The notes below the pieces were generated by a model. That model did no database searches. It worked only from the letters and a program-made list of their open reading frames with translations, and was not told where the DNA came from. Positions 41,624 through 50,062 of a stretch of DNA of 64,000 nt are shown in pieces. The DNA lies in assembly GCA_963796275.1 (NCBI GenBank), contig CAWCKY010000004.1:1-64000 (forward strand), read 5' to 3'. A program made the position numbers and the translations under genes. How positions within the stretch are numbered: position 1 is the stretch's first letter; each line of letters starts with the position of its first letter. Source of the stretch: an uncultured Acidobacteriota bacterium (lineage in GTDB: Bacteria; Acidobacteriota; Blastocatellia; RBC074).

Positions 41624-43216
41624 TCAATGCGCATAAAGAATTTCCTTCTGCCCGAAGAGTCTCTCAGCTTTAATCCCCTTGCTGGCACAGCTTTTCAACA
41701 ACATGTTCGAGGAAACTATTTGCTTAGATTGCTCCGTGTATTTGAGGCTCATTATGTATGTCAACCATGGTTCCTGCCCCATAGCATAGACATATACCTC
41801 CTCACAGCCTAGTTGATTTACTATTCCCATAGCCTGGTCGTAGTCTGAGCCGGATAGCTTTCTGGAGTGGTCCATCTTCCTGTCTACGGGCCTGGTTATC
41901 AGCGGTCCATACAACCATGTTAAAGGCGCGCCATCGCATTCCATGCCTAGGAAGAGCACATCGACTCTTCCCATCAGTGAAAATATGTGCGCGTACAGTT
42001 TGGGCTCGATATTTGCTGAATCCGCGGCAAACATAAATGATTTGCCATTGAGATTGATCAGGTGTGCGATCTTACTGTTGATGCTCAAATCTGCATGCTC
42101 GCCTAAAAAGGGTATACCGGTTATCGTTCCTCCAGTAATATCAATAACCTCCAGCGGTTCGATCTCCCTAACATCCTTGAATCCGACATTTTGAAAGACC
42201 AGCTTGAGGGAGGGGTCCTGGAGAGAGCCACCTCCACTTCTGGGCAATATGACCGTCTTAACCTTATGCTTCAACTGCAACAATGATTCCAACATAATGT
42301 GGTCTTGATGCCCGTGCGTGATTAGTACGTAGTCTACAACCTCCGGCAGGTCGCGGAACGTAAAGCGTGGGATACCATTGTCGTAGGCGTAGCTGAGCAA
42401 TGGATCGATAAGTATGAAGACGTTCTTAGTCTCTACAGAGATACAAGCATGGCCGTAATACCGCAGTCTGACGCCATCGTTAGTGTAGCGCGAGCGTTCC
42501 GGCGGAGCTTCTTCGGTTAAGAACGTTTGAAACAGAGTCATATCTTCTGGTTGTAGTTTCAGTAGCTCGTTAATGTAGCCGATCGGTTGGGGATAGCTTC
42601 TCATCTTAAATAATTCATCAATAGCACGGTGAGCGAAAGGTATTTGCAATAGCAATGACCCGGGATTCGGCAGTCTTGGCGTGCTCAGCGCGAAGCCGCG
42701 GTAATCATCGTTGATAAGCGATAAGGATAGACTCTGCGACGAGGGATTATAATACTTACTCTTGTAGAGCAGCCCTTCTATGAATTTGATGGACGGGTTG
42801 TCATTCAGGTCGTATACCAACTCGACGTATCCCTTCAGGCATTCGGGGACCTGCAGATACAAAGGTTCAATGCAATAGCCATTCGCCTGAGACCTCAAAA
42901 GGGAGTCAACGGCCCGGGTCGAATCGGCAAAATCGATCATGTGGCTATGTTCTTTGAGCGTCTTATTCAGCAGGGCTTCTATCTCATTGACTCGTTCGCC
43001 TTGGTAGTCAATGAACGGGCCGCCAAGCAATGCCGGGCTCTTGACCGCTTTGGCATGAACTTGAGGTGCGGAAATGTAGGACTTCATTATTTTGATATGC
43101 TGATTGGCGATATTCATCGCCGCCGCCGCGGGGGCGATTAAATGGGACCATGCATACCACTGGTTGAATAATGGTTCCATCAGAACATTTTGCTTTAGGT
43201 AATGCCTTGTTGCCAT
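41624..43216 (-). CDS. CmlA-like diiron MBL-fold beta-hydroxylase 1
   Basis: EPLFNQWYAW, LLGGPF, THGHQDH, FLGEHADL, YAMGQEPW. Confidence 0.88.
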   Translation of the reverse strand: MATRHYLKQNVLMEPLFNQWYAWSHLIAPAAAAMNIANQHIKIMKSYISAPQVHAKAVKSPALLGGPFIDYQGERVNEIEALLNKTLKEHSHMIDFADSTRAVDSLLRSQANGYCIEPLYLQVPECLKGYVELVYDLNDNPSIKFIEGLLYKSKYYNPSSQSLSLSLINDDYRGFALSTPRLPNPGSLLLQIPFAHRAIDELFKMRSYPQPIGYINELLKLQPEDMTLFQTFLTEEAPPERSRYTNDGVRLRYYGHACISVETKNVFILIDPLLSYAYDNGIPRFTFRDLPEVVDYVLITHGHQDHIMLESLLQLKHKVKTVILPRSGGGSLQDPSLKLVFQNVGFKDVREIEPLEVIDITGGTITGIPFLGEHADLSINSKIAHLINLNGKSFMFAADSANIEPKLYAHIFSLMGRVDVLFLGMECDGAPLTWLYGPLITRPVDRKMDHSRKLSGSDYDQAMGIVNQLGCEEVYVYAMGQEPWLTYIMSLKYTEQSKQIVSSNMLLKSCASKGIKAERLFGQKEILYAH

Positions 43217-43412
43217 TGATATCTCCTAAGGTCTCATCCGGCCATAGGCAAGGAGTTCCCAGCCACCGAACCGTTCGGCGCGAATACCAGTGCCGCAGTT
43301 TTGTATAACTGAAGGTTGTGAGAATGAGAGAAAAAAAGACAGATCGATCGCGGTACGATCCCAGGTAGAATCACAATTCAAACGCCAGCCCAAACCCAAG
43401 CATTGGGTTGCT

Positions 43413-46400
43413 TCACTGTCGCCCAAGACCGGACAAATTACTGATGAGATTTTCAAAATCCCTTTGGCTTAATTCCGCCTCGGGGAAATCGCTAACGGCG
43501 AGGCCTCCGCTTTCAGTTCCAGTCAAGAGTTGGAGGGCTGATAAAAGTTGATCAGGATTGTTGACTATGCTCTCCAACAATCGCTGGTATTTCCCGGTCA
43601 TCCCAGCAATCGTCTCTCGCTCAAAGAGATTGACGTTATACTTGAACGAACAACTCAATCCTTCTTCGATCTCTTCCATGGTCAGGATTAGTTCGAATTC
43701 TGCCGTTTCGTTGTCTATCGGAAGCAAGCTGACCTCAAGTTCTCCAAGCTTCAATGATGGTATCGGCGCGTTTTGTAACACGCACAAAATCTGGATAAAC
43801 GGCGTCTGAGTCAATCCCCGCTCGGGATGCAAAGCTTCGACAACCTTTCCAAATGGGACATGCTGATGAGCAATTGCGTCAATCGTGATCTCCCTAACAC
43901 GTCCAAGCAATTCACGGAAGCTCGGGTCGCCTGATAAATCAATACGCAACGGTAACAAATTGACGAAAAAGCCGATCAGGCCTTCTGTCTCAGAAAGATT
44001 GCGGTTTGCGACGTCGGTGCCGACGATAAGGTCTTCTTGTCCGGTATAACGATAGAGGAGTGTTTGGAATGCCGCGAGCAACGTCATAAACAATGTCGCC
44101 CCTTCTCGCTGACTCAAATCCTTGAGACCCTCAGTTATAGCAATCGGCAATACAAACCGTTCGCACGCTCCCTGGATGCCCATTTTGCCGTGATGCGCTC
44201 GGTCGAACGGAAGTTTCGTTACCAAAGGAGCCCCGGCCAACTGGCGCTGCCAGTAAGCAAGTTGCGATTCCAACACCTCCCCCTGGAGCCAATCGCGCTG
44301 CCAGACGGAATAGTCGCCATACTGGATCGCCAATTCCGGCAATGGCGAAGGCATCTTAGATGAGAAGGCTTCATATAACGTCGCCAATTCATGGACCAAC
44401 ACGCCCATCGACCACCCGTCGCAAGCAATATGGTGAATCGTTATAACCAACACATGCTCTTCTTCATCGAGCCGTAATAACCGCGCCCTCATCAGTGGAC
44501 CATTGGATAAATCGAAAGGTTGTCTGACCTCTATCGTCGTTTGTTGTAAAGCAACCGACATGCGGTTGGTTTCCAGTTCTATATTCAGGTTGATTATATG
44601 TAGGTTCACCGGCGTTGCTTTCCCGACCACCTGAACCGGTCGTCCGGCCAATGATGTATATGTGGTTCGCAAAGATTCGTGACGCCTCACGATCTCATTG
44701 AGCGTCAGCTGCAACGCATCCATGTTCAGCCTTCCCCTAATGAGAAGTGCTCCAGGCAGGTTATAGGCGATATTGCCCGGCTCCAGTTGTTCAATGAACC
44801 AGAGGCGTTCCTGAGCGAATGAAAGCGGCAGATCTGGACCACGCTCCGCCGGCTTTATCGGAGGAACCTGCGTTTGCCTCGTGCTCTTTACTCGATCAAT
44901 ACACTCTGACAGGCTGGCGATGGTCGGATGCTCAAACAGTTGGCGGAACATCAGGTCTATCCCAAGAATGTCGCGCAGATGCGAGATCAGCCTCGAGGCG
45001 AGTAACGAATCCCCGCCGAGGGAAAAAAAGTTATCATGCCTACCGATACTCTCCACACCCAGTACTTTAGTCCATAACACTGTCAGCGATCTCTCGGAAG
45101 GGCTGATCGCCAGGCCACGGTTAGTGATCCGGGATCGAGTCCGCTCACCTCTGCTTATGCTACTTGACAATATTTCCAAGAGATCTACTTTTCGAATAAC
45201 ATCCAGACTACCATTCAGAAACCTCTCCATTGTTGCGCGCCGTTGTATCTTCCCGCTGGATGTCTTGCTAATCGAGCCCGGTTTAATCAGGACAACCTGG
45301 TGCACTTGTATCTCGTGCTCTTCCGCGATTGCCTCATATATTCTCCACACAATCTCATCATCATCCAGATTCCGGATTGCAGATCGCTCCAGCTCCTGTA
45401 CGATTACTAGTTGCTCCTCTCCATCCACTTCAATTGTGAACGCAGTTCCGCATCCCGCTCTGAGCGCCGGATCACTTCGTTCCGCCGTCAACTCAATATC
45501 CTGCGGATGATGATTTCGCCCTCGAATGATGATCAAATCCTTCAAACGGCCAATAATGTAAAGGTTCTCCTCCAAGGTGAATCCCAGATCACCCGTTCGA
45601 AGGAATCGCGTCTTGTCCCATCCAGTCAGTCGTGCGTTGAACGTTCGTTCTGTCTCCTCAGGGCGATCCCAATATCCATGGGCAACGCTCGGACCTGACA
45701 GCCAGATTTCGCCGACTTGTCCCTCCTGGCATTCGATTAAAGATTGGGGGTCTGCAATGACGAGTCTCTGTCCGCCATAGACCTTTCCGCAACTAACTAG
45801 GGTCCTGGTTCCTATGTCGTTTTGTGAGGCGAGAACAACTCGATTGTCTTCAAGGGCTGACTTCTGAACCTGACAAATGACGGGGCCGGAACTCGGTCGT
45901 GATGCGGTCACCGCCAGCGTTGCTTCGGCAAGTCCATACCCTGAAAACAATCCCTCGCGACGGAATCCGCACTCTTCGAAAGCTTTTGCAAACCGCTCTA
46001 ACGTATCATAACGAATTGGTTCGGAACCGTTGAAGGCCACTTTCCAACTACTCAGGTCCAGCTTCGCTCGTTCTTTCCGAGTGATCCTGTGAACACAAAG
46101 ATCATAAGCGAAATTCGGGCCGCCGCTAATCGTGGCCTGGTAGCGATTGATGGCCTGCAGCCAACGGACGGGGCGCTGGAGAAAGGCCGCCGGTGACATA
46201 AAGACGCAAGAAGCACCGCTATAAACCGCCTGCAGCGCGTTACCAATGAGTCCCATATCGTGATAAAGCGGCAGCCAACAGACGATCACACTCTGCTCCG
46301 AGACTTCATATGCCTCTTGTAACACTCCCTCATTGTGAAGCAGGTTTCCGTGACTCACCATGACACCCTTTGGCACAGAGGTCGACCCGGATGTGTACTG

Positions 46401-46940
46401 AAGGAAAGCCAGATCACCGCTCGTAAGTTGTGGGCGCGTCCACCGCTCGGTCCATTTAGATCGAGGATCATTAATGATGGTATCTGTGGCCAGCCATAGG
46501 GGTGGCTTCAAGCCCGGAGAGCGTTCGAAGTGTCGCTCGAAACCCGACAAGACTTGAGCTGTGGTCAATGTAGCCATTGCCTCAGTATCTGTGATAATTG
46601 CTTGCAGTCGCGTCAAGTTTCGATTGTGCCGAGGTGGGTACGCCGGAACGGCCACTGCTCCCGCATACAAACAACCGAAGAATGTACTCAGATAATCCAA
46701 TCCTGGAGGATAGAATAGAAGGATGCGCTGTCCGGAAGCTCCCATAGACTGTAGCCAGGCGCCAAGCGCCCGCGCTTGTTGATCCAGTTCCCGGTAAGTC
46801 AGGCACCCGTTTTCTTCTTCTCCTTCAATCAGGAACCTATAGGCAATTCTCTCCGGTTGATGCTCCGCCCTGCGCTGCAGAAGCTCCACCAGTGTCGCCG
46901 CGTTGAATGGCGAGCAATTAACGTCGGTCGAATATTTCAT
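43413..46940 (-). CDS. Lipoinitiation protein FAAL-ACP-C
   Basis: AFLQYTSGST, WLPLYHDMGLIG, GYGLAEATL, ACP GGDSLL, C HHIACDG. Confidence 0.92.
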   Translation of the reverse strand: MKYSTDVNCSPFNAATLVELLQRRAEHQPERIAYRFLIEGEEENGCLTYRELDQQARALGAWLQSMGASGQRILLFYPPGLDYLSTFFGCLYAGAVAVPAYPPRHNRNLTRLQAIITDTEAMATLTTAQVLSGFERHFERSPGLKPPLWLATDTIINDPRSKWTERWTRPQLTSGDLAFLQYTSGSTSVPKGVMVSHGNLLHNEGVLQEAYEVSEQSVIVCWLPLYHDMGLIGNALQAVYSGASCVFMSPAAFLQRPVRWLQAINRYQATISGGPNFAYDLCVHRITRKERAKLDLSSWKVAFNGSEPIRYDTLERFAKAFEECGFRREGLFSGYGLAEATLAVTASRPSSGPVICQVQKSALEDNRVVLASQNDIGTRTLVSCGKVYGGQRLVIADPQSLIECQEGQVGEIWLSGPSVAHGYWDRPEETERTFNARLTGWDKTRFLRTGDLGFTLEENLYIIGRLKDLIIIRGRNHHPQDIELTAERSDPALRAGCGTAFTIEVDGEEQLVIVQELERSAIRNLDDDEIVWRIYEAIAEEHEIQVHQVVLIKPGSISKTSSGKIQRRATMERFLNGSLDVIRKVDLLEILSSSISRGERTRSRITNRGLAISPSERSLTVLWTKVLGVESIGRHDNFFSLGGDSLLASRLISHLRDILGIDLMFRQLFEHPTIASLSECIDRVKSTRQTQVPPIKPAERGPDLPLSFAQERLWFIEQLEPGNIAYNLPGALLIRGRLNMDALQLTLNEIVRRHESLRTTYTSLAGRPVQVVGKATPVNLHIINLNIELETNRMSVALQQTTIEVRQPFDLSNGPLMRARLLRLDEEEHVLVITIHHIACDGWSMGVLVHELATLYEAFSSKMPSPLPELAIQYGDYSVWQRDWLQGEVLESQLAYWQRQLAGAPLVTKLPFDRAHHGKMGIQGACERFVLPIAITEGLKDLSQREGATLFMTLLAAFQTLLYRYTGQEDLIVGTDVANRNLSETEGLIGFFVNLLPLRIDLSGDPSFRELLGRVREITIDAIAHQHVPFGKVVEALHPERGLTQTPFIQILCVLQNAPIPSLKLGELEVSLLPIDNETAEFELILTMEEIEEGLSCSFKYNVNLFERETIAGMTGKYQRLLESIVNNPDQLLSALQLLTGTESGGLAVSDFPEAELSQRDFENLISNLSGLGRQ

Positions 46941-46950
46941 TCTGCTAGTT

Positions 46951-47739
46951 TTAGACCTGCGCTTCCCGTAGGTTGATGAGGTTTAAGGTTAAACTCATGC
47001 ACGTCAGTCCGGCCTCAGCTTTCTCAAATTCTGAAATGTCGAGTATAGCTACTTGGAAGCCACGTTGTTCCACCAACGCGCGCGTTTGCGGATAACCGGA
47101 GGGAAGCAGCACGATTTTTCCTACAGACAGGGTATTAGCCGCCCATGGCTCCGTGGCAGGCACCTCTATGATCTCTGCCCATTCAAACGGACGAGCATCA
47201 ATCCACGAGCGGTTAAGAAGCACTGTGTTACGGCCCAGGTATGAACACCCTGTTGATAAATGTAAGCACCCATTTACTCTGACAGATCGTACATCGTAAC
47301 CATAGGGCGCCAAGATCATTCGCAACTGTGCAATCCCTTCTGTATTAGTACGACTTGATTCGCCGAGATAGAGGGTGCGGCCGATCCGTATCACATCGCC
47401 GCCTTCCAATGTCGCTGGCGGCTCGAGATATTTCAGAGGGCGGTGCCTCGCCAATACAGGAACTAAGCTATTGATTTCATCTCGCCTCCGCGAAGCCCCC
47501 ATTCGGGCAATGACAGCAAGTTCATCGACCACAACTGCGGTGTCTTCAATGAAAACGGCGTCTGGCAATGCTGGCTCTGGTGGGAGAGAAATTACCTTAA
47601 CTCCATTCTGTTTCAAGAACAGTTCATACGATTGATGTTGTCGAATGGCCTTGGAAATGTCTATCTGGACGCGGTTCAAATAGGTCAATTCACAGTTCCC
47701 GATACTGTGACTGACTTGGCGCGTAAACGCGGTCGGCAT
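46951..47739 (-). CDS. DDAH-like amidinotransferase-superfamily hydrolase
   Basis: DAVFIEDTAVV, LEGGDV, LHL, C-terminal GLTCMS. Confidence 0.85.
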   Translation of the reverse strand: MPTAFTRQVSHSIGNCELTYLNRVQIDISKAIRQHQSYELFLKQNGVKVISLPPEPALPDAVFIEDTAVVVDELAVIARMGASRRRDEINSLVPVLARHRPLKYLEPPATLEGGDVIRIGRTLYLGESSRTNTEGIAQLRMILAPYGYDVRSVRVNGCLHLSTGCSYLGRNTVLLNRSWIDARPFEWAEIIEVPATEPWAANTLSVGKIVLLPSGYPQTRALVEQRGFQVAILDISEFEKAEAGLTCMSLTLNLINLREAQV

Positions 47740-47847
47740 TTTTCTCCTTCTTCTGTTACTCTCTCTTCGGCTACTTCGGATGACGCAAAACTAACGCTAT
47801 AGTTTAACTTCCCTTCGTTTAAACAATGTTCATACCATATTCAATTG

Positions 47848-49560
47848 TCAGGCTGGGGACAAAATCGGCGGGTTACTATACGTTGCAGATATTTTCTTTT
47901 CTGCTTTCTCTTCCTCTGTAATGAGACGATCTGAGATCAATTGGCCATCCTCAAGCTTAATGAGACGATCAGCTATGTAATAGTAGCGATCATCGTGGCT
48001 GACCACCAACACGGTTTTACCTTTGGATTTCAGCTCTGGCAAAAGTTGTAGATAAAAGACATCCTTGAACTGAGGATCCTGATCTGCAGCCCATTCGTCG
48101 AATATATATATAGGCCGGTCTTCGAGATATGCAGTCAGTAGTGCCAGGCGTTTGCGTTGGCCCTGCGACAACTCAGTGGTCGAAAGCAATCCATTTTTTA
48201 TCTGAACCTTATGGTCAAGTTGAAGCTGGGCTATATATTCGCGAGCCTGTGCATCGAGTCCCGGACGATCAAGCCCATATAGGCCATCAAACAGATAGAA
48301 GTCAGAAAACACGGCAGAGAAATGCTGGCGATAATAATCCCGATTCTGATTGCTTACCGGCTGCCCATCGAAGATTATCTCTCCACTTTCAGGCGCATAA
48401 AGAGCGGAAATCAGTTTAATGAGTGTTGTTTTACCGCTCCCATTACCTCCAGTAATAAAGACTATTTCTCCAGGATTCAATTTCAAATCTATCGGTCCGA
48501 GAGTAAAGTTGCTGTTTTCGCGTTCGCGATGATAAGTGTGAGTGACATTGATAAGGTCTACTTTCTTCCAGGGAAGAGTCGAATTTGCAAGTGGAGGCGC
48601 ATCATTCTCACTTATCTTGGCTGTGAGCAAATTCTCCAATTCACCGAGCTGATCTATTGCGATCTCGGCTTGACTGATTACTGGGTACGTATTAAGCACA
48701 AATTGAAGAGGGTGAATCATATAAAGAATGACGATAACGTATCCAGTGAGCACCTCAGTGGTTGCTCCTTGAAAGTTTGGGAGATTGAAAATTAGCAACC
48801 CAATCACTACAAAAACCAACAACTCTCCCCAATTTTCAGCAATAGCATAATTAGTCGTTGCGGCGATTCGGTCACGGGCAACGGCGGCAGCGGTAGCCTG
48901 TACATTCTGAGAGAAAAATGTTTCCCGGCGCTGGCGATGAAGTTTGAGCTCCTTGCTACCATCGACCAGGGCGTGAAAATGTTTGAGCAATAAAGTCCAA
49001 GAATCACGAGCGAGCATGTAATATTTATCGGCTCTTTGTGCAAGCACAGAGTAACCAAGGCCGCCCAGGGTAAAGATTCCAACTACTGTGAGGAGTAAAA
49101 TCCACGAGAGCCAACCCATATAAACCAGACAACCCAGTACAATCGCTGTGTTTATGCAAAGATTTGGCAGATTAAACAAGGCAGCCACAATTTTCGGAAT
49201 GTCATCGGTCAACGAGGCCATCAACCGGCTGGAGCCAATAGCCTCAAGGTCCCGTAAAGGAGAGGCGAGAATCCCGCGACTTAATTGTATTCGTAAACTG
49301 TACGCTGTCCCTTTGGCGAAGCGCCTGAGAGTAATCTGAAACACTGCCTTGCTGACAGCGAATAATGCACAGGCGGCGAAGAAACTCCACACTGGGGTTG
49401 CGCCAGGGGAGTTGCTTTGTTTCAATGCGCGGCTGGCCAAAGCCAACACAATCGTGTTACTTATCCCGCCCACAATGCCTACCAACATCATAATAACGAT
49501 GAAGCTTTTCGATCGGCTGGTGCTTGTGGAGTGTCGGAGAAAGAATGAAAATAGCTTCAT
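47848..49560 (-). CDS. Cyclic-peptide export ABC transporter (PvdE/SyrD family)
   Basis: GGNGSGKT, LSQGQRKRLAL, FDEWAADQDP. Confidence 0.92.
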   Translation of the reverse strand: MKLFSFFLRHSTSTSRSKSFIVIMMLVGIVGGISNTIVLALASRALKQSNSPGATPVWSFFAACALFAVSKAVFQITLRRFAKGTAYSLRIQLSRGILASPLRDLEAIGSSRLMASLTDDIPKIVAALFNLPNLCINTAIVLGCLVYMGWLSWILLLTVVGIFTLGGLGYSVLAQRADKYYMLARDSWTLLLKHFHALVDGSKELKLHRQRRETFFSQNVQATAAAVARDRIAATTNYAIAENWGELLVFVVIGLLIFNLPNFQGATTEVLTGYVIVILYMIHPLQFVLNTYPVISQAEIAIDQLGELENLLTAKISENDAPPLANSTLPWKKVDLINVTHTYHRERENSNFTLGPIDLKLNPGEIVFITGGNGSGKTTLIKLISALYAPESGEIIFDGQPVSNQNRDYYRQHFSAVFSDFYLFDGLYGLDRPGLDAQAREYIAQLQLDHKVQIKNGLLSTTELSQGQRKRLALLTAYLEDRPIYIFDEWAADQDPQFKDVFYLQLLPELKSKGKTVLVVSHDDRYYYIADRLIKLEDGQLISDRLITEEEKAEKKISATYSNPPILSPA

Positions 49561-49749
49561 CGATAATAACTCTTGTCAAGTAAAATGAAGAATTTGTATA
49601 AAGCCCGGAAACATGTGGCTCGCAGTCGGGATTACTGCGGTTTCGCAATCATCGCAGTGCATCCGCTGCGAAAGTCCGCACGCGCTCCGTGCGCCGGTTC
49701 TAGGGCTAAACCCTGCTTCGATCGAGGGTTTGATCGTGCCTCTTTTAAT

Positions 49750-49993
49750 GAGGACTGTGCAAATTAAAGTTGATTGTTATTAGTAGTTTCTGGTTGGCTC
49801 CGGGGGAGCCCGATGTTTATAGCTTAGATGATAATGTTCATCGCAAGCTCCAGAGGAGCGACATCTGAACGCCTATATACCGCTCCTCCGGAGCTTGTGA
49901 GGTTTGGATGATCGAGTACTATAAATATTCCGCGCCGCTGGCGCTCGGTACCAAAAACATTGATTCCAATGATCTTTTATTTGCACAGTCCTC
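49750..49993. mobile_element. MITE, copy 2, inside the NRPS operon
   Basis: Perfect 15 bp TIR gaggactgtgcaaat, flanked by 9 bp direct repeat tcttttaat. Confidence 0.9.
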
Positions 49994-50062
49994 TCTTTTA
50001 ATAGGTCATCCGTTGTTTGTTATTCGGATTTTGGTGAGAAAAACGTGTAATTTAACATTACG

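Noticed and set aside
17700-47700. Many plus-strand ORFs of 60-250 aa
   Set aside because: Antisense shadows of long minus-strand genes with no recognizable motifs
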